DNA from: Massalongia carnosa
Lineage: Eukaryota
Assembly: GCA_965645245.1 (NCBI GenBank)
Contig: OZ287068.1
Span: 2,046,001 to 2,110,000 of the forward strand
Direction: 5' to 3'
DNA: 64,000 nt
Of this stretch, positions 12,063-24,833 are shown piece by piece. The notes below the pieces were generated by a model that was not told where the DNA came from, searched no databases, and was given only the letters and a program-made list of their open reading frames with translations. Positions within the stretch are counted from its first letter, which is position 1; every line of letters starts with the position of its first letter. The position numbers and the translations under genes were made by a program.

Positions 12063-12784
12063 CTTGACAGCAAATGATAGCAGATTTGTCATCTCTCAAT
12101 TACAATCCCAACGCCACTGTCCAATCACCTGGCAAGACCATTTTCTGATGATCCAGGGCATGATCGCTTCGGAGCAGTCCACCGGCGTCTGAGCTTGGCC
12201 ATTTTGGATGTCGGCGCGATGTTCCGTCTCCGAAAACACTAGTTAACGTTACCCCAGCTGTTTCTCTTTCATCAAAGTATCTCGGATTTCATGTTTGTAT
12301 AAAAGGTATATTATATACCCAAATTCTTATATACATAAAATGTAATGAGCAAATTTTGCTCAGAGGTTTAGCTTATTTCTGATATAAATATGAGAATCAT
12401 TTAACAGTTTGTTGTAAACCAAGTCATAGTATTCAAAGTGGCCTAAGGCCGGTAGTCTTAGTTAAGGTTAAGGCCAAGCCAGTGTTACCTAGCCTGGACT
12501 TCACCCATCAACTCCTACAACCATAGTTTTCCATTACATCCGCTTTTCCTGCTACGTACTCAGCAACTTACTTATTCACATGCTCTTTTGCGAGAAGTAT
12601 AGCCAGAATAGCAACCAAGTTAAATCCTAGCAACAACATGGATATACAGCCGAAAAAGCTCTATATCAAGCACATATCTCGAAAATGCCGGTAGCCATAC
12701 GAAGAATCGCCTTTCTCTTTTTCCTGTGATTCATTTTCTTCTTTTTCTTTTCAGTTCAACTAACTGCTGTAACTGGACGGGACA

Positions 12785-13636
12785 ATGAACCCTCAAGAGC
12801 AGCAGAAGATCGTCAATGGCCACGGCCATCTTATCTCATCTTTCAACCCGATGAGCCGTGCGATATCCAAGCATGGCTCCAGCATCGAAGATAGCGGGCC
12901 GCCATCGCCCACTGAGGGCGTTGTTTTGAATTTTGCTGAAGTCGCCCCGGGAATCTACCGTAGTAGTTTTCCAAGAGCGGGCAACTTCGAGCATTTACGT
13001 TCGCTGGGGCTAAAAACCATTCTGTACGTTTCTCTGTTCGCTGGTTGGCATGGGCTTGAGGCTGAACGGGCCTAGCACTCTCATCCCGGAAGAGTATCCC
13101 ACCGAGAACGTTACTTTCATGAAGGAGAATGGAATCCAACACTTTCAGGTGCCCATCCCAGCGCATAAGAACGCGTTGGTTGTCATCCCTCCCCCAAGTA
13201 TTGCGGAAGCTCTCAAGATACTGCTGGATCCAAGTCAGCATCCCGTTCTCATCCATTGCAACAAGGGCAAGGTATTTCGCCCAGCTTTGCCAGCCTACAA
13301 CTGGCGATTAATGAGTTGATAGCATCGGACAGGATGCATTGTGGCTTGCTACCGAAAGATTCATCAGTGGACAGTTGGTGCGATACTCACGGAGTAGGTA
13401 CCAGTAGTTCATTTCATACTTCTATGCCGCCAACTCGCAGTTTTCCAACTAACCTCTATATTTGTAGGTATCGGCACTATGCCGGCGACAAGTTTAGAGC
13501 CCTGGACGAAAGTTTCATCGAGCTCTTTGACCCAGAAGCAGCATCTGCAATGGTCTATGCTACCCAGCAAAGCCCTACCCTACTGCCATCATGTTCACTG
13601 CTTCCGACACCGCCCGGTTCTATTAAAAATGGCTAG
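12785..13636 (+). CDS. Siw14/Oca-family (plant-fungal atypical dual-specificity) phosphatase, 4 exons
   Basis: Spliced: NFAEVAPGIYRSSFP...LGLKTIL / TLIPEEYP...HPVLIHCNKGK / HRTGCIVAC / YRHYAGDKFRALDESFIELFD. The catalytic HCxxGKHRTG motif is split by an intron at ~13272-13322. An upstream exon cannot be excluded. Confidence 0.9.
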
Positions 13637-13845
13637 ATGTTGGATACCTAGAGTATCCTTTTATCTAGCCATTGTTCGTCATCGCCTGGATTTATGATTT
13701 CTGCTGTATTTGATGAATATCTAGGTGTAAAGAAAAGTATAATTCTGTTCTGAAGTGGTTGGAATTATTTTGAGCCTAAGGAATCTAAACTGTGAAAAAC
13801 GCGAGGTTTTGATATTATGGGCGAGATCGTTTCTATCTATCTATT

Positions 13846-14990
13846 ATACGGGGTCAGAAGTGTCCGGATAGGCGAGAATTTTTTAGTTTCGAAAAGTAAA
13901 CAACCACCTTTCAACCCATCATGCCATCATCACATACCTCTAAATAGTTCAAAACTACGCGCAAAGAAGTGCCTGTCATAATCAAAGCTGAAATGTACGA
14001 TATGAGTCTCGCCGGCGCCTCCGTTAGTACTATACACGAGAAGTTTCCACAATGAGGTCGTTTTATCATAAAAGACACTTTGAAGAAGGCTACAACACGC
14101 GATGATCACAAATCGAAGATAGGATCTGATCGACTCAAAATAATCACAGCACGAGAAGATCGTCATTTGATACGAGCTGCGATTAAATCGAGGTCAAAGG
14201 ATCGGCGACAGCCTTTGAGGAAGTTGCAAGTTAACATGATGCTCGATGTTTCTCGAATCATTGTGAAAGAATGTACGAGAAAGAAAAGTATCACGAGGTT
14301 GATCATACTCGATGCCTGTAAAGAACATCTTTCTATCATGCTCGATGACGATTCGGGCATTGTTTTCATGCAAGATAAAGCTAAAACACACCAAATTCGA
14401 GAGACAATGGATTGATTCATAGAAAAAAAAATACACGATCATGAATTGATCGATCTACTTCTTCGATTTGAACCTTATCGAGAGGATATGAAAGAAAGTA
14501 AAGAACTTAGTCTTTAGAAGACACTTCGAATTACGCATTCTGTCAATAAGTGCATTAAAATTTTTAAAAATTATTGATGATGCTGTCTTGAAGACATTGT
14601 AACGGTTCGACCAAGCGTGGTGCGGACGGCAGGACCTACAGCGAACATAGCAGGAGTCCCAATTATAGTAGAATAGAGCTTGGTCTGCGGACTAAGTATT
14701 GTGCCTTTTGGTCGGGAAGGACAGGTGGCGCAATGGTAGAAATCTATTCACTATCTCGCTTCGTCACAGACATAAGACTACATAACGAAGACGCTTTTGA
14801 AAGATTTAATGCGATTAATGTCTCGTCGAATGCAAGTGATTCTGAATGCAAATGAAGATTATACTAAATATTAGCTATATGTAAGCAAATAATCGCATCA
14901 ATTAAACGAAACGTTGATTTTGTAGCAGCAAGAATAGATAACTCATACTGCTATGAAATTCTAACGACCTATCATAATAAGATGCCACAC
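13846..14990 (+). mobile_element. Degenerate Tc1/mariner (IS630-Tc1) transposon remnant, heavily point-mutated, interrupted by a solo LTR
   Basis: Decayed Tc1 motifs: GSDRLKIITAREDRHLIR (cf. RSGRP), IVFMQDKAKTH (FMQDNA..H), *SIYFFDLNLIE (WPPYSPDLNPIE) and the C-terminus MSRRMQVILNANEDYTKY* ending at 14874. The outer boundaries and TIRs are only weakly visible. Confidence 0.8.
14598..14768. mobile_element. Solo LTR (171 bp)
   Basis: TGTAACG...CGTCACA termini, flanked by direct repeat GACAT (14593-14597, 14769-14773). Removing it rejoins the Tc1 transposase frame. Confidence 0.88.
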
Positions 14991-15758
14991 CTAGATTTAG
15001 GACGTGTGAAACCAAACAAGGAAACGATTCTCTCCATTTTGCACATGAAGTAAACAGCTACCTTGCTAGTTAAAATATAGTATGCGGACTCCTGAATGTT
15101 TCGACCTCTCCAACAAGCCTAGCGTGGCTGTGCGACACGTACCAGTTCTGCTTTACCCGCCTGGGTAAGCTGTCGAATCAATTAATGAATGTTATTGCTT
15201 CCCTCCTGGGCATGGATTTTCTGAACATCAAGTTTCATCCTTGTTGAGCATAACTGTGATACAGCAAATATCATTGCGTTAACAAAGCAGCGTGTAGTGC
15301 AAACAAAGCGAACAAGGTTATGAATAATGTGGAATTCCCAGGCGGGTAATAAGTATGGATGATGATCGGAGAGTGTCGGTCAGACGGCAAAGTGTGCCAC
15401 CCAATAAGGGTTTGGAGTCAGTAGTAAGCGTCCAGCTCCATGCACAGAACAGAACTCAGTTACAGTTTTCTATGACTCATCGTCTTTCTACATTTGAAAA
15501 GGCAACGAAGACTGAGGACTTTTTGAATCTCATCTATGCAAAGATTGATGTCAGAGACTCCAGGTATGGATACCCACAAGCCCACAGCATTATCACCCGG
15601 GGGGGTGGCTGGAGAGGGATATTTGATGCCTTTAAAGTCAGATACTTCAGAACTGATCTTCAGGTTGCTATTTGAAATATCTTACAACAATCTTTCCCAA
15701 ATCATCTGATGCCTGATGATACTTTATTCAGATCTTCGCAAAATTGACTGAAAAAGAG

Positions 15759-16218
15759 TAGCATGCGGGTGGAAAAAAAAACCGGACATCAAATTTAGCC
15801 CCACCAAACCATCATTTTTACAATCACACAAACATGACTACACAACGTTAAAACACATCGATTTTGGAGTCGCATGAAGCACTAATTCAACTGTGCATCT
15901 TCTCCTGATTTTTCTCCTGTCGAGAACTGTTGCCAGCCACCGAAACAGCATATTCGTAAATATCCTATTAAGGAGTTTATTTTGGAGGGCTGGAATCACA
16001 TTTCACAGAAATATATCAACGAAAAGATGATTGAAATGCCTGATTGTCTTCGAGCAGTGATAGCAAGTGAAGGAAAAATGACTGGTTATTAATAAGGTTC
16101 AATCCCATGTACCTATAAGTAATGGATTAAATCATCTCTGTATAATCAGTAGTAAATTTAAATGAGGGAATGCGGGGACGATTTTGGTGTCCAGTTTTTT
16201 ATTTCACCCGCGTGAGTA
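15759..16218 (+). mobile_element. Internally deleted, non-autonomous Tc1/mariner element with ~45-bp imperfect TIRs
   Basis: Left end TAGCATGCGGGTGGAAAAAAAAACCGGACATCAAA matches the reverse complement of the right end (TACTCACGCGGGTGAAATAAAAAACTGGACACCAAA). TA at both ends. The interior retains the transposase C-terminus FNCASSPDFSPVENC..PKQH...MPDCLRAVIASEGKMTGY*. Confidence 0.85.
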
Positions 16219-16615
16219 GTTAACTTACCGTAATGAAATCACCCGAAAGTAGTTAGAATCTGACACATGCTTAACTGCGATCGCCATGACCATCGCCTAC
16301 TGCATAATGCCATCTTCCTAATCTATTGCATTTTGAGAATTGATCGGCGGTAGTTGTGATTGTCGTCATTGTTTATGCGCCTCCCTTACCTATCCCTCTG
16401 TACTTTGTACAGAGGAATTACTTTCTTTTACCACCATCGAGCTTGATCATAAGCTCTGCCGTCATTGCCACGGATTCTTTTCTGCGTTTATGACGCTGCA
16501 TTTTTTTGAACTTCCACTCGGCATAGCCAGGACCTTGTAGCATAAATCTATAAAAAGAGGAAACCTTCAAGTTTCAACACTAAAGATTTTGAAAACACCC
16601 ACGCGATCCCCCAAT

Positions 16616-18302
16616 ATGGCAGGAGTCGGCCGAAAGAATGGCTATAACGAGGGAGGAGGATATAACAGTTCATACGAGAAGAACGGCAATACTAGTGATG
16701 ATGGGGAAGCAGGAATGACAGCCCAATCTTCTGCTAGTTCCAAAGAAAAAAACGACCCTTTTGGTGATGAGTCAAGTTCCGAGGTAAAGTACAGAACGAT
16801 GGCGTGGTGGTGAGTTCCTTCTGTCTTCGAAATACAAATATATACGCTGACTCCTGCTTCCAAGGCAAGCCGGTATGAGTATGAAGTCCCTCAAACCTGA
16901 AAATAGAAGTAAATTTGAAACTCAATTCTAATCAGTCATGATCGCTGAAACCGTATCTCTTGGGATCCTGTCCCTTCCTTCTGTGCTCGCCGAAATTGGC
17001 ATTGTACCGTCTGTCACCCTTCAAACCCAAGTGAGCAAGCCTGACGGGTACGTCCAGAGGTGTAATACTTATTTTAGGTCTTGGTGCTGTCGCTACTTAC
17101 ACCGGCTTCGTAATCGGGCAATTCAAGCTACGATATCCGCACGTACACAACATGGCAGACGCTGGATTGATATTAGCGGGCCCTATAGGTCGCGAGATTT
17201 TTGGCGCCGCGCAAATGCTCTTTTTGGTTTTTGTAATGGGCAGTCACATTTTAACTTTCAGCATCATGTTCAACACTTTGACCAACCATGGAACATGCAC
17301 AATTGTTTTCGGCTTTGTGGGGATGCTCCTTTCGCTCCTCTGCACCTTGCCCCGGACTTTGCTTAACGTCAGTTACATGGCGATGGTAAGCTTCGTCTCT
17401 ATTATCGGATCGGTATTGATTACTATGATTGGCGTTGGCGTCGAGAGGCCCGGAGATGGAAAAGTAGATGTAACGGTGAAGTCTAGTCTCGCCAAAGGCT
17501 TCCTGGCCACTGCAAACATTGTCTTCGCTTACTCAGGTATTGTTATTCTTTCTCCCTTTTTGTTCACGGAATATTCCTTACTCGCGCCCAGGTCATGTTG
17601 CCTTCTTCTCGTTCATCTCCGAATTCAAAAAACCGGAAACCTATCCCAAAGCTCTCTTCCTTCTCCAGGGAGTCGACGTCAGTATGTATCTGATTGTCGC
17701 AGTTGTGACATACCGCTACGCCGGCACCGACGTCGCTTCTCCCGCCCTTGGCTCAGCCTACCCGGTAGTCCGAAAAGTTGCCTATGGTATTGCTATCCCT
17801 ACTATCCTTGTCGCAGGTGTGATTAACGGCCATGTTGCCGCTAAGTACATCTACGTACGCCTATTCCGTGGCACCGACCGCATGAGCAAAAAATCATGGG
17901 GTAGTTTCGGCATTTGGGCGCTCATCGTTGTGGTTTTGTGGACTCTGGCGTGGATCATCGCCGAAGTTATCCCCGTATTCAATGATCTGCTAGGTCTGAT
18001 TAGCGCCCTTTTCGCCAGCTGGTTTACATATGGTCTCAGCGGAATTTTCTGGCTATACATGAACCGAGGGCTGTATACTCGCAACAAGCGAAAAATGGCG
18101 CTGACTGTGGCAAACTTCTCCATATTTTGCATGGGTGCTGTGATCGTAAGCCTCCCCCTACTTTAATACGTCATTGAAGATTTGCTGAAAAAAACAGTGT
18201 GGACTTGGTCTTTATGCCTCCGGCACAGCCATAAGTCATGATTCGAAGTCCAGCAATGGCAGCTTCTCGTGTGCGGACAACTCCAAGAAGAAGTCCTCCT
18301 AA
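16616..18302 (+). CDS. Neutral amino-acid permease, Mtr-like (Aa_trans family), multi-exon
   Basis: Spliced: EVKYRTMAWWQAGMIMIAETVSLGILSLPSVLA...HNMADAG..LAGPIGRE...GSHILTF..HGTCT...NIVFAYSGHVAFFSFISE..SPALGS...IPVFNDLLGLISALFASWFTYG...FSCADNS. Stop TAA at 18300-18302. Confidence 0.93.
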
Positions 18303-18622
18303 ACTCCCTTGTCAAGTTTTAAGCATCAATAGTGTCTCTCCGTTCAAATTTTTGTAGCGAGTTGTCTGTTTTACAAGTTCATCCCTTTATGAGACAAGAA
18401 CGGCATTGCTAAGCGGTCTTGGATATGCGTTAATTTTTCGCAGTTATTGAAACATCAGAATAACACATAGCACAAATATTAATTATCTCCTCTAGAATCG
18501 TCCTTCACTCTATGCATGATTTTTTTTAACAACTCCCCCCTATAGCTTTAATCATCCTCCAACCTTCCGCCCCGTCCCTCTCATTTCCCCCTAATCCCCC
18601 CTATTTCCTCTAACGCACCCCC

Positions 18623-19150
18623 TTAAAAGAACCCCACCTCATGATTCGTCGCGTTAGCCGGATATACCTGTGCGATATCCCAATGCTCCACGATACACGT
18701 CCCATTGAACCGATATACATCTGCCAGCGCGACCGGGCCCGGGTTCTCGTCCACACGCAAGTGGATGAAGCCGATTTCATTGTCGAAATTGTGCCGTTGC
18801 ACTGCGAACTTGGCGAACGGAATGATGGCCGAGAGCTTGGCGATATTTGGGTCACGGCCTTGGAAGTCAAACGGGTCGTGCTCAATCAGGTTGCTCGCAA
18901 CATGATCGTTAAACGCCTTCGGAACGTTCTTTTGAATGTATAGCGTGTCTACGAAATCACTGAAGATGGCGCGTTGTTGCTTGGGAGTAGCGCGGCGGGG
19001 AGGGCAGTACGGCGGAGCGAGAGTCGAGGTTGGAATTGGGTTGGGACCAGTTGGGCTGGGGCGGAAGCCGTACGCATGGACGGGAGAGGGGCTGGCAAGG
19101 ATGAGGGCGGGAAGGGTGGAGAGGGTAAGGAGGAGCGGTTGGAAATGCAT
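18623..19150 (-). CDS. Secreted SnoaL/NTF2-fold protein
   Basis: Signal peptide MHFQPLLLTLSTLPALILA, then CP...QRAIFSDFVDTLY..KNV..AF..HV...IEHDP....GR and a C-terminal ADVYRFNGTCIVEHWD, a SnoaL-like signature. Single exon. Confidence 0.8.
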   Translation of the reverse strand: MHFQPLLLTLSTLPALILASPSPVHAYGFRPSPTGPNPIPTSTLAPPYCPPRRATPKQQRAIFSDFVDTLYIQKNVPKAFNDHVASNLIEHDPFDFQGRDPNIAKLSAIIPFAKFAVQRHNFDNEIGFIHLRVDENPGPVALADVYRFNGTCIVEHWDIAQVYPANATNHEVGFF

Positions 19151-19988
19151 GGTTCTTTTGGGGGCTTTTTGGAATTGGCGAACGAGACGAGCGAGGTGTG
19201 TTGGTTTTTGGATGGAGGAATGGGATGTCAGGAGAAGAAGATAGAAATGGGAATGCAAAGTCATATTTATATATCTCCCGTTTCCTCCACCCGCCAACCA
19301 AAGCCTAGGGAATAGGAAGATCCCTTTAGCTTATTACGATGAGATCGTGTTCCAATATGCATTCATCGCTCACCGGACCCAATATTTTTCAATCTCTCCA
19401 TCGCTCTTGCGGGCCACGACGAAATAACAATCCACGAGCATCAAGATCCTTCGCTGCACCTACTTGGTATGCAGGCTATGAGCCGAGTGACACGTCGTCT
19501 AGCTGCACGTGCATGGCTTGTACATGTAACAGCTGTCCAGGTACAGAGCGAGTGGCTGGCTATGCTTCGTTCGGTATTCCTCTCTCTCCGATCTGCGATC
19601 TCCGATCTCCTCGTTTCTCTGCACGCGCACCCTATTAGAAGGGAGGAAGAGAGAGAGAGAGAGACAGAGTTAGATCTCAATCCATCATCTAGTCATCTTC
19701 CCCCGCCACAATGTGAATATGTTCACGATTCGTGATTTAGTATGGTTTGTTGTTGTGTACAAAGGGTTTGCGAGGGACAGCGTTGATGGACGAAGGCGAG
19801 ATTCGTTGACCGAGGGGTGCAGGCAGATGGAACAGTAAGGTGTGGCTGATGAGGTGGCCAGTGTGGTGTGGCTGAAGGGATGCCTGATTCGTCAAGAAGT
19901 GTCTAGCCCGAACAGGAAGTGAAGTCACTTTTGAGCAAGCATGGAGTTTGCCTTTCTTCCTTAAGTAAAATTCAAATCTCTCAACATC

Positions 19989-20718
19989 ATGGCAGGATCT
20001 CGAAAGGAATACGATGCCATTCACAGATTGCTTGGATATTCTCAAGAAGATCTCGACTACGTTCATAATGCTGCAGAAGCAAGACTTGCCGCTCGAGGGC
20101 CTCAACCTTTTTGGGAACCAGCTTCATCAGACTCTGATTTTTCAGACACCGGCGCTACTCTATTGACACCACCGAGTTCGCCCAAAGGTGATGGACCAGA
20201 TCTTTCGATGAAAGCATGGGATCGCCGAAAATGGTCCGACCTTGCGCAAGGTATCGAGCTGGACGACAGCGGCTTTCACAACTATGAAATCTAGCGATCT
20301 CAAACGATATCTGAGCATATGCAAAAAGTCTTGCCTACAATCATTCCAGCGCAGAGACCAGGTGTACGCAAGAAACTAGGTCGAGCTGCTATAGTATCTT
20401 CTAAAAGGTGGGCAAAGATAGGCTTGTGTAACACTTCGGTTTTACTAATTGAACCTCAGACTAACTCGATCTAAAGCTTCTACGACAGCTTTGTTTTACG
20501 AACTTGCCCATGACGGCAGGACTTGTCAGCCTCTTTCTACTACTTCTCCAACCAGTCTCTCGATATCCCGTCGTTCACCTCCCGCAACTAGCTCTTATAG
20601 CCAGTACAAACATTCATCTCATCACCTTATTCAGAGAAAACCCCGACGACGAACCACTGTTTCTTCCTCTTCTCTACTTGCTAGTTCAAAAGGACCAAGT
20701 AGGGTTATATCAGGCTGA
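19989..20718 (+). pseudogene. Hypothetical protein, possibly disrupted
   Basis: ATG-initiated 101-aa ORF that looks protein-like, ending at TAG 20292-20294, with further coding-like sequence downstream (LTRSKAS..LFYELAHDG). No family recognised. Confidence 0.3.
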
Positions 20719-21177
20719 AGAGAGGCGTTTTACTTTTTTGATCAACCTTACGTTTCTGGATCATGGCGCGGAAGCTATGAAAAAGCTAAAAGACTTATAC
20801 CAACCTTGATTTAATATTCTATGTCCCATAAATCTTGTGGAACTAGATAAATGCCTGGCCAGAAACGTTGGCGCACGGCGTAGACGATGGAAGAAATCGA
20901 ACAAAGATGACGAGGAATTACCTGCCCAATAGCCTTTGAAACGCAATCTTTTCCTGTTCAGAGAACTCTTGGGTATCATTTATGGGTAAAGTAGATATCT
21001 CTAATGTATTTTTAGCCGGATAAACAGTATGATGAGCCAATACCCTCATAAGAACAAAATACTGACCATCGCGCTTCGACTCAATGCTTTTGAGCTTGGT
21101 TCTCTTGATTTGAGAAGGTTCTACTTTGGCGGCGTCCTCATCCTCCTCGTCTTTCTTTGCTCCTGTACGATTGAACT

Positions 21178-22723
21178 TCAACATTCATGCTCAAGAGCAT
21201 CACTAGCCGACAACCGTTTCTCAGGGTTCCATTCTAGAAGGCTTGAAACCAGATCGACGAGATGCTCGTCTTCCGGAGCCTTCTCGCAGTGTGTACAAAG
21301 CATGCTGAGAATTCTGAGATATCGATTATAGCTGATCTGAGTATTGTCTCGTGTGGAATAGCCTAAGATTTCCGCAATGGCATAACCGTATGCCCACATA
21401 TCAATCTTCTCGGTGTATGGACCTTCCCTAGAAATAGTCCATACTTCAGGTGCCAAAGTCGATATAGGACCAATTGTGGTGACTGTGGAGTTTTCGGCTT
21501 CTATAGCTTTACCGTAATCGCAGAGCGAAGCTTGAGGGGGCTCGATTGACACAAGCAGCATGTTTTTTGGTCTGATGTCACGGTGCATAATTCTCATTGC
21601 ATGCAAAGTTTGAATTCCTTCAAGTGGCTCTCTTAGAAACTGCAGCTTGGTTTCTCGAGCAATATCTGGACTTGCCCAAAAGTTTATAGCAAGATCTGAA
21701 ACCGCGTATGGCATAAAGATATAGAATTTTTCTAGATAACAGCAGGCATGTGCATGACCGTGCTCACATGATGCGTTTAAAATAGGAAGAAGCCCTGGTT
21801 GATTCTGTAACACATTAGCACCTGGACGATTACGTTGTAACCTTACTTACATGGAAACGAATGCCCATATTCACCTCGCTCATGATCTCGAGACGGCTTC
21901 TGCGGCCATTGATACGAAGCTCCTTGATTGCAACTGGATCTCCTGTCTCGGTATCTATGCCTTGGGTTATCCACCCAAACGCGCCAAATCCCTTTGTCTC
22001 GAATTCAAGATATCTGCCTCTCAGCACGCAGCTGTCCCCAGGCATTTTCTGAAAAGCCCGTGGAAGATTTCCTTTATTTGATGGTATCATCTTGAGAAAG
22101 ATATTTCTGTGCTGAAAATAGGCATCTCGATGTCGTTCCTCGATTGTGTACTCCAACTTGTATTCACACATACCAGCTCGAAGCATCGTAGAGACTTGAT
22201 ACAGGAGCTTTTCTTTTTCGTATCCCAGTTGTCTCCATGAACCACCTATGCTATATTCTACAGGCACTTTTGGGCTGGCTCCCCTCAGCATAAGAAATCC
22301 GGATTTCCGGCTGAACCGGAACAACATGTGGATACTGGCCAAGGACTTGCTCCGATTGTCACCCGGTTTCGCCAATAACAGATCAACATTCCGGTTAATT
22401 GTCCCTTTGCTGCTTCCTCGACCGACTCTCCACCCCAGATGAGGCATTGCTGGTGAGCGTCCTTCATCAAAAGAAAGGACAAAGTGGCCTAGGGTCTGAA
22501 GTTTGGAGTCTTCCTTATTGGTCTCCGAGTTGGTGTCGTAGTCGGTAGAGCTTTCCACGGGCTCCGCTGACTCCAAAAGCGCTTCGCTGCCTATGCTCTC
22601 CATGAAGCGCAAATGAAAAGTATCGTTCTTTTCCACGTAAACATAGGTTTTCGAGAACAAAAGTTGAGCAATATGATTGCTGGGTACAAGCCTGGCGAAA
22701 TCGCCAGTGAAACCCGTTGCCAT
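21178..22723 (-). CDS. Protein kinase with an FHA-like N-terminal region (2 exons: 22723-21851, 21804-21178)
   Basis: GWRVGRG...VDLLL...SIH (FHA-like); GFGAFG, VAIKE, HRDIRPKN, DYG, APE and DMWAYG kinase subdomains. Intron GTAAGT...CTAATGTGTTACAG joins the two ORFs in frame. Confidence 0.88.
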
Positions 22724-24578
22724 CTCTGCTTGCGGAAGTTAGTCTTGTACTGTCAACCAGAGAGTTGGATTTCTATAGAAATATATAATATATAATCAAT
22801 GACTAAAGTATTATAAAATTTATATACGCGCCTAGGCTACGATCGCATTAAACACGGAAGAGTCGTCAGAAGGTGTCACAAGTTCGATTGAGACATTGTT
22901 GTTCCTTAGTTACAGCTTCGCGCTGCCAGAACGGGAAGGGGCTGTACTGAATAAATCCAACTTCCTTGAAGTCAGTTATATATTTAATGTAGGTAGGTAG
23001 CTAGGTAGCTACAATACTTAAATCTGAACCGCTACGTTACTTATTAGGCCTTTGCTCTTTGTAACTTAGGTAACTACCTATATATTCCCTAGCTCTTTCT
23101 CAACTCAAGACAAAAGACAAAGCCCTGATTCCCCCAAAAAAACGGGCCCAGGCGCGGTGAGTCATGCTGTAGATACTTAAGTGACCGGGATGACGATCAT
23201 CATGCAATGCGGGAGGAATCGGTTTAAGTGCATCCTGGCTATAATGAACGATCTTGACTGTATTCTGTAAGGAGAATCTGCATTTGATAGACTTGATTAG
23301 TACATTTGTTATCAATCTGAACCGTAAGTTTTTTAAAAATCCAAATGAAAATGAAAATTTTGCGGAGGTTTTTCTTTCTTCGGATTTCTGCTAGAGCAGA
23401 GTAGAGCAGCTACTTGCACCTATTCCCCCCTCCCAAAAAAAGCTGTTTAGTGTTGAATATCCAATTCCTACCAGCACAATGAACACCTATCAGTTCAATG
23501 AACATAGCACCTACGGCTGCCCTAGATTGACAGATCATCTACGGAAACCGTAGATGCCGCATTAGGCTTAGTTCTAAGATAAGATAAGATCACCTCGCTT
23601 AGAAAAGGAACTAAGCTTAATCCGGTTCAGTCAGGGCAAAGGTATAGCTTTTCGTGGATCGAATAAAGAATTGGCCATTCTATGGAATTTTCAGATGAAG
23701 GTAAGTAGGAATGAAAGTTCAATGCGGCATCAAAACGTCATTGCTAATTATAACTTTCAAAGGCATACAATCAACGTCAATCACTGATTCTCAACGGTTT
23801 GACCAGATGGGGTACAACTGTAGGCCTTTTGAACTCGGTGCTAAAAAGCAAGCAGGCAATTTTGGATTATTTTCAGCAAAATGCTCCGGGCATTGATCAG
23901 GGCAGAAGTCATCCTTTAGGAACATTCGTCAACGACTTCTCGTTTTGGAAAAAGCTGGCCATCGTACAGAAAATTCTTGATCCCATACATAAAGCACAAT
24001 ACATGTCCGAGGCCGAGGGGCATAAACTGTACGCGGTGACTGCCAATTGGAACAGGCTTCGATCTCACCTATATACAATGGCCAAAGAGGATGAAGATTC
24101 TGAGATGGATTTGCATCACATTGCAGAGATAGTTTGGGAAGATCGATATCTCAGTCAAATAACTGAACTTCATGTGGTAGCAGCTCTGTTGGTTCCTCAG
24201 AATCATAACATTCAGGTGATTGGAGTATCCACGTCGCAGGCATTTTTCTCTATCATGCATAGATTCTTTGCTGAATATCTGAACGTTGAAGAAGCAAAGT
24301 CGGCAATGAAGCAATGGCTTTCTTTTCGAAATCAAGAAGACGGTTTTTATCCTGCCTCCGAATGCTGGACATATCAAACGGATTCGGAGCTGTTTTGGAA
24401 CTTTTCCAGAAGCTTTGCTTTTGATCTCAGCAACATAGCTAGAAAGGTAATAATGCTGCCTGCTAATTCGGTGCTGGCAGAAAGAAATTGGTCGGTCATG
24501 AATTTGATCATGACCAAAAGTCGGAACTCTCTACATTCCATCAATGTCGATAAACTCATGTTTATTTACATGAATGAG

Positions 24579-24833
24579 TGTGACGAGGCGGCAACGGGGG
24601 GGCCTATTCAGGTGGTGAAGGTGGTGGCATTGCTAGCTATGACTATACTAGATAGACAAGACGAACACAAGGAAGAAAGCATCAATTGCTGCAGAGATTT
24701 TCCATGTAACTCCCGGAACCCATTTCCTTACCTGAATGCGGTTAGCTCCCCACTAAGGCTAACGCGATACCTAAAACATTTAGCGTGTCGGGAGGTATCG
24801 CTTAGCAGAGCATCTCGCGCTCACACCATGACA
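24579..24833 (-). repeat. 3' LTR of element 2
   Basis: TG...CA termini; identical to 30176-30430. Confidence 0.96.
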
